From Coprobacillaceae bacterium (GTDB lineage: Bacteria > Bacillota_I > Bacilli_A > Erysipelotrichales > Coprobacillaceae), in contig OY776328.1 in the NCBI GenBank assembly GCA_963675515.1, forward strand, positions 1,710,001 through 1,742,000: a DNA stretch of 32,000 bases, read 5' to 3'. This document shows positions 1 through 8,562 of this stretch, piece by piece (the stretch's first letter is position 1; the number at the start of each line of letters is the position of its first letter). Below the pieces are notes generated by a model. The model saw only the letters and a list, made by a program, of their open reading frames with translations, searched no databases and had not been told where the DNA came from. The translations under genes and the position numbers were made by a program.

Positions 1-911
1 TCGGTGACGGCGTAGGGCACGGCCTGAAAGACAGCAAGTACTTCATCGTCGAATCATGCGAATATCAGGACCATTTCCTTTCATATTTCCCGAAGTACGC
101 TATCATCAACAATATCGAGCTTGACCATGTCGACTATTTTGGAAATCTGGAAAACTACATCAAGTCATTCGAGAAATTCGCCAACCAGGTAAAGGATACG
201 GTCATTGTCTGGGGCGATGACAAGAATATCAAGAAACTCGACATCACCAGCCATGTGCTGCGCTTTGGCCTTGAGGCCAACAACGATGTGGTGGCCAAGA
301 ATGTGATCCAGTCAAGCGACGGGCTCCACTTCGATGTTGTCATCCATAATGAGCTGTTCGGTCATTTCAACCTGCCTTTTTATGGCAACCATATGCTTTA
401 CAATTCCCTGGCGATCATCGCCCTGGGTTATCTTGAAAACATGGACGGAGCCTATCTCCAGGAGAAACTGGCGACCTTCAAAGGGACCCAGCGCCGTTAC
501 AGTGTCCAGGAAATCGGGGACAATGTGTATGTCGATGACTATGCCCATCACCCCACCGCGATCAATTTCGTTATTGATGCGACCAGGGCCCGTTATCCTG
601 GCAAAAAGATTGTCGGAATATTCCAACCGGACCGGTTTTCCCGCGGCGCCGAGTTCAAAAATGAATTCGCAGCGGCCATGGAAAAGTGCGATTATCCGTA
701 TTTCGTGCCGTTTCCCGACAATGCCAAGAAAGAAGAAGGGATCGACATCGACATCTTTGATATCGCCAATCTGGCCAAAAATGCCAAGGTGATCGAGGCA
801 AATCAAAGCGGAGCTAGCGAGCTGGCCAAATACGAAAATGTCGTATTCCTGTTCATGTCCTCAAAAGATATCTACAAATTGAAAGATAAAGTGATTGAAT
901 TAAAAAAATAA
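1..911 (+). CDS. murC: UDP-N-acetylmuramate--L-alanine ligase, C-terminal part (5' end lies outside the window)
   Basis: Frame 3 is open from nt 3. It reads GDGVGHGLKDSKYFIVESCEYQDHFLSYFPKYAIINNIELDHVDYF... and runs into the listed 255..911 ORF (YGNHMLYNSLAIIALG, DDYAHHPTAI, IFQPDRFSR). These are Mur-ligase central and C-terminal domain motifs typical of MurC. Confidence 0.85.
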   Translation, partial: GDGVGHGLKDSKYFIVESCEYQDHFLSYFPKYAIINNIELDHVDYFGNLENYIKSFEKFANQVKDTVIVWGDDKNIKKLDITSHVLRFGLEANNDVVAKNVIQSSDGLHFDVVIHNELFGHFNLPFYGNHMLYNSLAIIALGYLENMDGAYLQEKLATFKGTQRRYSVQEIGDNVYVDDYAHHPTAINFVIDATRARYPGKKIVGIFQPDRFSRGAEFKNEFAAAMEKCDYPYFVPFPDNAKKEEGIDIDIFDIANLAKNAKVIEANQSGASELAKYENVVFLFMSSKDIYKLKDKVIELKK

Positions 912-962
912 CTACAATATTGCCCATAAATGTGATAAAATGTTTGTAAGTGAGGTGATATA

Positions 963-1271
963 ATGAGTGTGATGGACGTATGCTTCAGTGTGCTGATCCT
1001 TTCCGGTGCTTTTGCGATCATGGCCTTGGGTCTGGTTTTTCTTAGAAGCTCGGCATTGATCCATTCATTGAACGTAATTGTGGCAACTTTGCCCGAAACC
1101 ACTGACCGGGTTAACAAGATTCTCGAAGATATCAACTACAAGCTGGATCTGCTTAACGCGCCATTGGAAACTATTAATCGCTTATTTAACCGGGCCCCTG
1201 TCAAACACGGCGACTTCGTGGCCAAGACAGCGGCAAGCATCATCAAATCAAGAAAAGACAAGAAAAAATAA
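963..1271 (+). CDS. small membrane protein, DUF948/YtxG-like
   Basis: 102 aa with one N-terminal TM helix (VCFSVLILSGAFAIMALGLVFL), a helical region and a basic tail. RBS gaggtga lies 5 nt upstream of the ATG. Its position between murC and a YtxH-like gene matches the B. subtilis ytxG context. Confidence 0.5.
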   Translation: MSVMDVCFSVLILSGAFAIMALGLVFLRSSALIHSLNVIVATLPETTDRVNKILEDINYKLDLLNAPLETINRLFNRAPVKHGDFVAKTAASIIKSRKDKKK

Positions 1272-1284
1272 AGGAGATCACATT

Positions 1285-1821
1285 ATGAAATTCAATCAAA
1301 TCATTTTTGGGGCTGTCTTAGGGACTGTGGCCGGTCTTTTGCTCGCACCTAAAAAAGGCAAAGAAACAGTTGAAGACATCAAGAAGTACGCCAAGGATTA
1401 TTCGGACATGGCAAAAAACATGACCAAGGACGATGTTTCCAAGGCGGTTAATGACACCGTGTCGAACGTACGAAGATCAATTGACGAGTTCGACTACGAC
1501 GAAGCCAGAATGAAGGCTGAAGAGAAATACAAGGAAGTTAAAGACAAAGTTACATCATCTTCCCAATACAACACAATCAAGGACACCGTGGCTTCCAAAG
1601 TGAAGAATGTCAAAGAAACAATGTCGGACCTTGATCTGGACGCTGAATTCAACGATGAAACAGTAAATCCGGGTTGCCAAAGTCAGGAATGCGATAGAAC
1701 GCCGGACTTCGACAATGATGAAGATTTTGTGGACGTGATGGAAGATGTGAATGAAAATATCGATGAAATGAAAGAAGAATCTAAAGAATTAAGAGTTGAT
1801 TTAAAAGATTTAAGAGACTAA
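1285..1821 (+). CDS. YtxH-like protein with acidic C-terminal tail
   Basis: The internal ATG at 1285 is preceded by aaaggag. The N-terminus MKFNQIIFGAVLGTVAGLLLAPKKGKET matches the YtxH-family G-rich helix plus APxxGxET signature. The 1078 start in the ORF track is an unsupported 5' extension overlapping the previous gene. Confidence 0.65.
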   Translation: MKFNQIIFGAVLGTVAGLLLAPKKGKETVEDIKKYAKDYSDMAKNMTKDDVSKAVNDTVSNVRRSIDEFDYDEARMKAEEKYKEVKDKVTSSSQYNTIKDTVASKVKNVKETMSDLDLDAEFNDETVNPGCQSQECDRTPDFDNDEDFVDVMEDVNENIDEMKEESKELRVDLKDLRD

Positions 1822-1822
1822 G

Positions 1823-2824
1823 ATGAAAAAAATTACTATTTATGATGTTGCGCGGGAAGCTGGGGTCTCGTTAGCCACCGTATCACGCGTTATAAACAAT
1901 TCCCCGGTAGTTCGAGAAAAGACCAAACAGAAAGTTCTCGATGTTATCGAAAGATTGGATTTCAAACCTAATGAAGTGGCCCGCGGTCTGGCGACAAGCA
2001 AGACCACGACCATCGCCATCCTGTTCCCGCAATCGCTCTTTGCCAATGTCAAAGACATGATCGGGGGGATCGGGGATACCGGACGCCACTTAGAGTACAA
2101 TATCAACATGTTCACAACCGATGATCTAGGTGACGAGAACACGATCAAGGATGTCGTGGGACGCGTTGTCAAGTCACGGGTTGACGGAGTCATCCTTTTC
2201 AACAACGAAAGAATCGACAAGACCCTTCAGGCCCTTGAAAAATACCATCTGCCTACCGTTGTCATCGGCAAGAGAATCGACGATGAGAAGATCGGTTCGG
2301 TATCGATCGATGTCAAATCGGCGGCCAAGGAAATCGTCACCAGCTACCTGGAAAAAGGTAAAAAGGACATCCTTTATGTCCATCCCCAACAGAACCTTGT
2401 CAACAACGACGAGATCATGGAAGGGATCCAGGAAGCCTACCAGGATTTCGATCTTGAGTTCGACGAAGCAAACAGCGTCTATTGTTCGACCGAATATGAA
2501 AAAAACTACGAACAGTTTGTCGAGTATTTCAAAAACAAGACCCACGAAGTCATCCTTTGTGGCTACGACAAGGATGGAGTGGCAATTGTCAACGCCTTGG
2601 ATGACCTGAACGTCCCTGTGCCACAGCAGACTGAAATCGTGGCGATGCTGAATTCGTCATACTCGGTAATCGCCCGTCCGACACTGACATCCCTCAATGT
2701 GCCTGTCTACGACATGGGAGCATTGGCGGTGCGGCTGCTGACCAAATTCCTCAACAATGAAGAAGTGCAAAGCAATGCGATCATTGTCAAGCATCTTCTG
2801 ATCAAGAGAAATTCTACAAAATAA
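1823..2824 (+). CDS. ccpA: LacI-family transcriptional regulator, CcpA-like
   Basis: The N-terminal HTH ITIYDVAREAGVSLATVSRVINNSPVVREKTKQKVLDVIERLDFKPNEVARGLA is very close to the CcpA N-terminus as I remember it, followed by a periplasmic-binding-fold body. Synteny with ytxGH and tyrS matches Bacillus. The CcpA versus other LacI assignment is not proven. Confidence 0.6.
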   Translation: MKKITIYDVAREAGVSLATVSRVINNSPVVREKTKQKVLDVIERLDFKPNEVARGLATSKTTTIAILFPQSLFANVKDMIGGIGDTGRHLEYNINMFTTDDLGDENTIKDVVGRVVKSRVDGVILFNNERIDKTLQALEKYHLPTVVIGKRIDDEKIGSVSIDVKSAAKEIVTSYLEKGKKDILYVHPQQNLVNNDEIMEGIQEAYQDFDLEFDEANSVYCSTEYEKNYEQFVEYFKNKTHEVILCGYDKDGVAIVNALDDLNVPVPQQTEIVAMLNSSYSVIARPTLTSLNVPVYDMGALAVRLLTKFLNNEEVQSNAIIVKHLLIKRNSTK

Positions 2825-2867
2825 GATTGTTTTTTTAGGACAATTCCACTATACTTGTAATAGTGAG

Positions 2868-2898
2868 AAAAGGGCTCATGGAAATGAACCCTTTTTTA
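2868..2898 (+). terminator. rho-independent terminator downstream of the ccpA-like gene
   Basis: Hairpin agggctcat (2871-2879), loop ggaa, atgaaccct (2884-2892) with one C.A mismatch, followed by ttttttatt. It ends 3 nt before the tyrS RBS aggagg. Confidence 0.6.
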
Positions 2899-2912
2899 TT
2901 AGGAGGTTATTT

Positions 2913-4139
2913 ATGAATATTTACGAAGAACTTTTGTGGCGCGGATTAATTAAGGATATCTCCTCGCCCGAATTGATAGAGAAACTCAACCAGGGGGGAT
3001 TGACATTCTACATCGGTACCGATCCGACTGGAGACAGTCTTCATATTGGCCATTACTCATCATTTTTGATTTCGAAACGGCTGAAAAACGCCGGTCATAA
3101 TCCGATCCTGCTTGTTGGCGGTGGAACCGGACTGATAGGTGACCCGCGTCCTTCGAGCGAAAGGCCGATGATCACCAAAGAGGAAGTCGAACACAACTTC
3201 GAATGCCTTAAAAAACAGGCGATCGACATCTTCGGATTCGAGGTTGTCAACAACTATGACTGGTACAAGGACATCAACTTCATCGATTTTTTGCGTGATA
3301 TCGGGAAGTATTTCAACATCAACTACATGCTGGGAAAAGACATCATCAAGCGTCGCCTCGATACGGGAATCACTTACACCGAATTCTCATACATGCTGCT
3401 TCAGGCGATGGATTTCAAATGGCTTCATGAAAACAAGAACGTCGACCTCCAGGTTGCCGGGCAGGACCAGTGGGGCAACATCACTGCGGGAATCGAACTG
3501 ATCCGCAAGACCAGCGGTGACGAGTGCTATGGTTTCACAATGCCGCTGCTGACCAAGTCGGATGGAACCAAGTTTGGAAAATCCGAAGGCAAAGCCATCT
3601 GGCTCAACCGTGAAAAAACATCGCCTTATGAAATGTACCAGTTCTTTTTCAACGCCGAAGACGACAAGGTAATCGACTATCTCAAATTCCTGACGTTTTT
3701 GACCAGGGAGCAGATCGAAGCAATAGAGCAGGAACACAAAGAAGCGCCACATCTGCGTCTGGCCCAGAAAAAACTGGCTCAGGAAGTGATCACTTATCTC
3801 CACGGTGAGGACGCTTACCAGGAAGCCCTTGATGTGACTGCTGCCCTGTTTAGTGGCGACATCGCCAATCTGGACATCAACACCATCAATGCCGCTTTTG
3901 CCAACGTTCCAAGCGTCGAAGTGAGCGAGGACATGATGATCCTTGACGCACTGGTAGCCTGCAAGGGGGCCCAGTCGAAACGCGAAGCCCGTGAATTTGT
4001 ATCAGGCGGTTCGGTCCTGGTCAACGGAGTAAAGGTGACAGATCTTGAATTTGTCATTGCCAAAGCCAATGCCTTCAACAACGAAGCAACGGTAATCCGC
4101 CGCGGCAAGAAAAAATATTTCGTAATCAAGCATCTTTAG
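2913..4139 (+). CDS. tyrS: tyrosine--tRNA ligase
   Basis: 408 aa. HIGH motif (DSLHIGHY), KMSKS-type motif (KFGKSEG), class I TyrRS core and a C-terminal S4-like domain (REAREFVSGGSVLVNG). Strong RBS aggagg. Confidence 0.95.
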   Translation: MNIYEELLWRGLIKDISSPELIEKLNQGGLTFYIGTDPTGDSLHIGHYSSFLISKRLKNAGHNPILLVGGGTGLIGDPRPSSERPMITKEEVEHNFECLKKQAIDIFGFEVVNNYDWYKDINFIDFLRDIGKYFNINYMLGKDIIKRRLDTGITYTEFSYMLLQAMDFKWLHENKNVDLQVAGQDQWGNITAGIELIRKTSGDECYGFTMPLLTKSDGTKFGKSEGKAIWLNREKTSPYEMYQFFFNAEDDKVIDYLKFLTFLTREQIEAIEQEHKEAPHLRLAQKKLAQEVITYLHGEDAYQEALDVTAALFSGDIANLDINTINAAFANVPSVEVSEDMMILDALVACKGAQSKREAREFVSGGSVLVNGVKVTDLEFVIAKANAFNNEATVIRRGKKKYFVIKHL

Positions 4140-4150
4140 GATGCTTTTTT
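4128..4150 (+). terminator. rho-independent terminator of tyrS
   Basis: aagcatc (4128-4134), loop tttag, gatgctt (4140-4146), then a T-run. The stem overlaps the tyrS stop codon. Confidence 0.6.
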
Positions 4151-4171
4151 GATGCCTGAATTTCCAGCCAC

Positions 4172-4200
4172 AAAGAAAAAAGATGACTTCCATCATCTTT
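4172..4200 (-). terminator. rho-independent terminator of the convergent PP-loop ATPase gene
   Basis: On the minus strand: aaagatga, loop tggaag, tcatcttt, then ttttc, immediately after the stop at 4201-4203. Confidence 0.6.
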
Positions 4201-4932
4201 CTAGTCCTCATGGGTCCACAAACGGATCTGGTCCTCGTTTTTTAGAGCCAGCAGCAGGTTGTGTCTTGCCATCGGGTATTTCTCGTAAAGCTCTTTAAGC
4301 AGGTGCTTGAACTCCTCGCGCTTTGTCTGTTTGTCTTCTGGACAGGTCGAGACAACCACAGGGATGCTGGCTTCATTGCCTGCGGCGACTATGTCGCTTT
4401 CATAAGCCAGAACCAGCGGTCTGATGAAAGTGACATCGGTGCGGTCCATGTACATCTTGGGCACGAATGTGGCGATTGCCCCGCCGTAGATCATGTTCAT
4501 GAACAGCGTTTCGACCGCATCGTCACCGTGGTGGCCGAATGCGACCTTGTTGCAGCCATATTTTCTGGCCCCTTCGATGACGGTGGCTTTTTTCAGCTTG
4601 GAACACAGGGAACATTTGAGCCGGCCATCTTCGGTCTTTTGCGCTTCAAGAATCTGAGCAATGTTGCTTGGCTCATGGTAGAAGGGAATGTCGTTTTTCT
4701 TGAAAAACTCATCGGCAGGAGTGAAATCCATCCCGCCAAAGCCCATTTCCACATGGACTCCGACAACTTCAAAATTGACCTTGCAAAACTTGCGGTAAAG
4801 ACCCAAGGCATACAGCAGCAGGCTTGAGTCCTTGCCGCCGGAAACACCGACACAGATGCGGTCACCTTCTTCAATCAGTTTAAATTCTTCATCGGCTTTT
4901 CGGATACAGCCTAATACTTTTCTCATTGTCAT
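4201..4932 (-). CDS. PP-loop ATPase of the TtcA / tRNA-thiolation family
   Basis: SGGKDS PP-loop (VGVSGGKDSSLLL), CSLCSKLKK CxxC motif and a later STCPEDKQ cysteine. I placed the start at the ATG at 4932 (MTMRKVLG...), which follows gggtgataaa. The ORF-track start at 5013 has no RBS. Confidence 0.7.
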   Translation of the reverse strand: MTMRKVLGCIRKADEEFKLIEEGDRICVGVSGGKDSSLLLYALGLYRKFCKVNFEVVGVHVEMGFGGMDFTPADEFFKKNDIPFYHEPSNIAQILEAQKTEDGRLKCSLCSKLKKATVIEGARKYGCNKVAFGHHGDDAVETLFMNMIYGGAIATFVPKMYMDRTDVTFIRPLVLAYESDIVAAGNEASIPVVVSTCPEDKQTKREEFKHLLKELYEKYPMARHNLLLALKNEDQIRLWTHED

Positions 4933-5027
4933 TTTATCACCCGGATAATCATATCGAAGTTTTTCAATTAAAGCAACCGATATAATAATTTGGGTGGCAT
5001 TTAATTGGGGCAAATTAAACAGATTAA

Positions 5028-5056
5028 TTGTAAACAGACGTGAATTTTGGTAAAAT
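5028..5056 (+). promoter_or_regulatory. putative sigma-A promoter of truB-ribF(-ezrA...)
   Basis: -35 TTGTAA (5028-5033), 17-nt spacer, extended -10 TGgTAAAAT (5048-5056). Confidence 0.45.
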
Positions 5057-5072
5057 GGATGAAGGTGATAAA

Positions 5073-5912
5073 ATGAATGGAATAATATTGATAAACAAAG
5101 AAAAAGGATATACTTCGCATGATGTGGTCAACATCGCGCGCAAGGTTTTGCATACAAAAAAAGTCGGCCATGGCGGGACTCTCGATCCCGATGCGACCGG
5201 CTTGCTGGTCCTGTGCGTAAACAAGGCGACCAAGGCGCTGCAGTTCATTTCGAATGACGCCAAGGTGTATCAGGCCAGGCTGACTCTTGGCCTTGCCAGT
5301 GACACTTACGATATTTCCGGAGAAATCCTGGAACGCCAGGATGTGCGCGAGTATACCCAAGAAGAGATAGTGGCGGCTCTTGAAAGTTTTATGGGAGTCT
5401 CGAAGCAGGTCCCTCCGATCTACTCGGCATTGAAAGTCAAGGGCAAGAAGCTTTACGAATATGCCCGCAACAATGAAGAGGTCCACATCGAACCAAGGGA
5501 AATCACGATAACGGCCATCGAACTGATTGGCTACAAGGACAATGTTATCGAGTTCAAGGTCGCCTGTTCGAAAGGTACCTACATCCGCTCGCTTTGCGTG
5601 GATATAGCCGCGAAACTGGGAACAATCGGTCTGATGAGCGACCTGGTGCGCCTGAAAGCCGGCAACTTCTCGATCGATGATGCGGTTAGTGTCGAACAGC
5701 TCAAAAACAACGAATATGTCATATTGCCCGTTGAGACGGCGCTTAAGGATTTTCCGGCTTTGGTAGTCGATGAAAAAATCGTCATCCACGGCAAGCCGAT
5801 TGAATCATCATTGCAAGGAGAAGTCGCAATCTACAACAAAGATGGCAAAATCCTGGCAATTTACCGCAGTGACGGCACAGGCTTTTTGCGCAGCGTTAGA
5901 GGTCTTTTTTGA
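5073..5912 (+). CDS. truB: tRNA pseudouridine(55) synthase
   Basis: MNGIILINKEKGYTSHDVV...GHGGTLDPDATGLLVL carries the catalytic Asp motif. Start is at the ATG at 5073 after gaaggtgataaa. The 5040 GTG start in the track is an extension. Confidence 0.9.
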   Translation: MNGIILINKEKGYTSHDVVNIARKVLHTKKVGHGGTLDPDATGLLVLCVNKATKALQFISNDAKVYQARLTLGLASDTYDISGEILERQDVREYTQEEIVAALESFMGVSKQVPPIYSALKVKGKKLYEYARNNEEVHIEPREITITAIELIGYKDNVIEFKVACSKGTYIRSLCVDIAAKLGTIGLMSDLVRLKAGNFSIDDAVSVEQLKNNEYVILPVETALKDFPALVVDEKIVIHGKPIESSLQGEVAIYNKDGKILAIYRSDGTGFLRSVRGLF

Positions 5913-6835
5913 TGGAAGTGATCAGACTCAATGGCTATGTCGATATCGAACTTGAACCATGCGTGGTTGCTTTGGGTTTTTTCGACGGCATGCACCTGGG
6001 CCATCTCGCCTTGCTTGAGGAAGTCAAACTGCAAGGGAAAAAGCAACGGCGCAAAACCGCGTTGCTCACATTCGATATCCAGCCCAAGACTTTTTTGACC
6101 GGAGCGAAGGAAGAATACCTGACCTCGCTTGATGACAAGATCACCTTCGGGGCGTTGCTTGGTCTGGACTATTTCATAGTGCTGGAGTTCAATGAACATT
6201 TGAAGAATTGCTCCGCCGAGGATTTCATAGAAAATTATCTGCGCAGACTCAATTTCAAACATCTGGTTTGCGGTTTTGATTACACCTTTGGCAAAAAAGG
6301 GCTTGGCAACAGCCAGACACTTTCCAGGTATGGCAACCTGTTCTCGCTTTCGGTAGTGGCCAAAAAGGAGTACAACCATCACAAAATCGCATCAAGCTAT
6401 ATAAAACAGCTCCTGAAAAACGGGGACGTGGAACAGGCCAACAACCTGTTGGGACGTCCCTACAAGATAACGGGCAAGGTTGTTTATGGCAAACAGCTGG
6501 GAAAACAGATCGGGTTCCCGACAGCCAATATCGATTATGGCAGTTATCTTGTGCCAAGACGGGGTGTTTATGCGGTGAACATCATCATTGCACAAAAGAC
6601 GTACCTGGCTATGGCAAATGTCGGACTCAATCCGACCGTCGAGACTTTGGACAAGCTGGTTCTTGAAGTCAATGTCTTTGATTTTTTCGAGGATATTTAT
6701 GACGATGTTGTTCAGGTCGAGTTTTTGAAATACATACGTGAAGAAGTAAAATTTGATTCACTCGATCAGCTCATCTACCAGCTCGACAATGATCGCAAAA
6801 TCATCATCAAGGGGGAAACACCATGGAAGATTTAA
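5912..6835 (+). CDS. ribF: bifunctional riboflavin kinase / FMN adenylyltransferase
   Basis: ALGFFDGMHLGHLAL is the nucleotidyltransferase motif, and the C-terminal kinase domain shows GFPTANI...GVYAV...NVG.NPT. The ATG at 5912 overlaps the truB TGA (tgATG). TTG at 5909 is an alternative start. Confidence 0.9.
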   Translation: MEVIRLNGYVDIELEPCVVALGFFDGMHLGHLALLEEVKLQGKKQRRKTALLTFDIQPKTFLTGAKEEYLTSLDDKITFGALLGLDYFIVLEFNEHLKNCSAEDFIENYLRRLNFKHLVCGFDYTFGKKGLGNSQTLSRYGNLFSLSVVAKKEYNHHKIASSYIKQLLKNGDVEQANNLLGRPYKITGKVVYGKQLGKQIGFPTANIDYGSYLVPRRGVYAVNIIIAQKTYLAMANVGLNPTVETLDKLVLEVNVFDFFEDIYDDVVQVEFLKYIREEVKFDSLDQLIYQLDNDRKIIIKGETPWKI

Positions 6836-8562
6836 TGAACCGCTTTTTAACAAGCGGTGACAATACAATGATTTTCGTCGCTGCAATTGGCGCAGTGGCA
6901 ATGCTTGCTTTCGGGATTTTCTATCGGGGCGTTTTGATCCGCAGATACCGGAAGAAAGTTTTGTTCTTCGAGGACGAGATCAATTCGATCCGGACCCTGC
7001 CTATCCGTTACCGGCTGGGAAGAGTCAAAGCCATCGGGCAAAACGCAACCGAGATCCTCGAGCAATATCAGGGGCTCGAAGATGAGTATGATCAGATTGA
7101 GACAAGCTCCCAGAACGACATTCTCACATTGCTCCGGGATCTCGATGAAAGAACCTATTACCGCAAACTAAGAGGGGTGAAAAAGGACCTGCGCAATCTT
7201 GACAAGGTGGTCAATGAATATCGCGCCGCTTCAACTGAGCTTCTTGGCCGGATTGAACAGATCACGGAAATCGAGAATGACCAAAGGCTGGTGATCATCG
7301 CCACCAAGGAAAACTTCCGCAACCTATTTGACCGCTACAATTCCATGCGCTACAAAATTGAGGATTTCGTGCCGCTGGTCAAGGAAAAGATCGACGAGAT
7401 CGACCAGGACTTCGTCACTATCGAAGAGATGATGAACGCCCAGAAATATCTCGAGGCCAAATCATTCACCCAGGCGGTCGCTTCCAAAATCGACTTTCTG
7501 GTTGATAACCTTGACACAATTTCCAAATTGACTGATTTGGCCAAGAACTACCTGCCAGGACAGGTGGAACTGGTGACCAAACGCAAGGACGAGCTGGTCG
7601 AACGGGGCTTTGCGATCAACCTGCTTGACGCATCGAGCCGGTTCGATAAAATCATGGATGACCTGGCTGGCCAATCCGCCCAGCTCAAGAATCTGGATCT
7701 CGTCGGACTTGAGGAAAAGATCTCCCTGACAAGTAAGGATCTAAACGGCCTGCTTAGCGACTTCACCGAAGAACAGGTGGCTTTCGACAGTTATGCCAGC
7801 CGCAAGGACAAGTGCTTCGAAGCGGTTGATAGCCTTGCAAAGACAGCCATCAAAGTCAAACGGGATTACAACCATTTGAAGGAAAATTATGTGTTGGACA
7901 ACTATGGAATCGCAGTTGACAAGGATCTTATTGCGATCAAGGACATCCAGAAACGTCAGAGTGAACTCGAACGCATTATCGATGAAAAGGAATTCGCCTT
8001 TTCGAAGATGCTTCGCGACTTCGATGACCTGATCGCCCATTGCAACCATGTAGCAAGCAATATCGAGAAATACTACATTCTTGATGAGAACCTCAAGATC
8101 CAGGAAAAAAGGGCTCTTGACGAACTTGACAATATCTCGATTGTCCTTCTGGAAATAAAATCGGAAATTTCAAACAACAACCTTCCGATGATCAACGAGT
8201 CCTACAAGGACTATATCGAAGATTCATATGCAAAAGCGGAGGCAATTTTGAAAGTCACCAGGATCCGGCCGATCAATCTTGAAGAACTTTCACTTACCGT
8301 CGATGCCGCCCGCGATGTCATCTACAAGCTGTATGACAATGTCCACCATCTTATTGTCACAGCCCAGATGGTTGAAGAAGCCATCATGTTCGGCAACCGC
8401 TATCGCCACAGTTTTCTCGAGGTCAACACCGAACTGACCCGCGCGGAATTGCTTTATCGCAACGGTGAGTACACGAACGCCTTGAAAGTCGCGGTCGACA
8501 TCATCGAGAAAATCGCTCCTGGTTCATATGAGAAGCTCATCATGTCCAAAGAAGGGGAATAA
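6823..8562 (+). CDS. ezrA: septation ring formation regulator EzrA
   Basis: N-terminal TM helix (MIFVAAIGAVAMLAFGIFY), a long coiled-coil body, and the C-terminal conserved patch MFGNRYRHSFLEV...IEKIAPGSYEKL, which matches the EzrA QNR-type patch. The start is ambiguous: ATG at 6823, at 6835 (overlapping the ribF TAA), or at 6868 (preceded by ggtga). Confidence 0.85.
   Translation: MEDLMNRFLTSGDNTMIFVAAIGAVAMLAFGIFYRGVLIRRYRKKVLFFEDEINSIRTLPIRYRLGRVKAIGQNATEILEQYQGLEDEYDQIETSSQNDILTLLRDLDERTYYRKLRGVKKDLRNLDKVVNEYRAASTELLGRIEQITEIENDQRLVIIATKENFRNLFDRYNSMRYKIEDFVPLVKEKIDEIDQDFVTIEEMMNAQKYLEAKSFTQAVASKIDFLVDNLDTISKLTDLAKNYLPGQVELVTKRKDELVERGFAINLLDASSRFDKIMDDLAGQSAQLKNLDLVGLEEKISLTSKDLNGLLSDFTEEQVAFDSYASRKDKCFEAVDSLAKTAIKVKRDYNHLKENYVLDNYGIAVDKDLIAIKDIQKRQSELERIIDEKEFAFSKMLRDFDDLIAHCNHVASNIEKYYILDENLKIQEKRALDELDNISIVLLEIKSEISNNNLPMINESYKDYIEDSYAKAEAILKVTRIRPINLEELSLTVDAARDVIYKLYDNVHHLIVTAQMVEEAIMFGNRYRHSFLEVNTELTRAELLYRNGEYTNALKVAVDIIEKIAPGSYEKLIMSKEGE

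Noticed and set aside
938-961. A 7-codon mini-ORF (MFVSEVI) between murC and the DUF948-like gene, as a possible leader peptide.
   Set aside because: The ATG is part of a TGnTAAAAT promoter-like element. There is no RBS, no regulatory codon pattern and no associated terminator or antiterminator.
2825-2912. A possible T-box riboswitch upstream of tyrS.
   Set aside because: The spacer is only 88 nt. It has no T-box consensus sequence, no specifier-loop architecture and no antiterminator alternative. Only a simple terminator hairpin is present.
5001-5789. A 262-aa ORF fully antisense to truB, plus similar long antisense ORFs at 312..806, 3387..3803, 4261..4827, 5861..6382, 8572..9084, 24032..24619 and 26088..26543.
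   Set aside because: Most lie in the codon-aligned antisense frame of a well-supported gene (checked for 312..806, 5001..5789, 5861..6382, 8572..9084 and 26088..26543). In that frame, stops arise only from sense codons TTA, CTA and TCA, which ordinary genes here avoid. Long open frames are therefore expected by chance. Their products are low-complexity, have no recognisable motifs and have no RBS.
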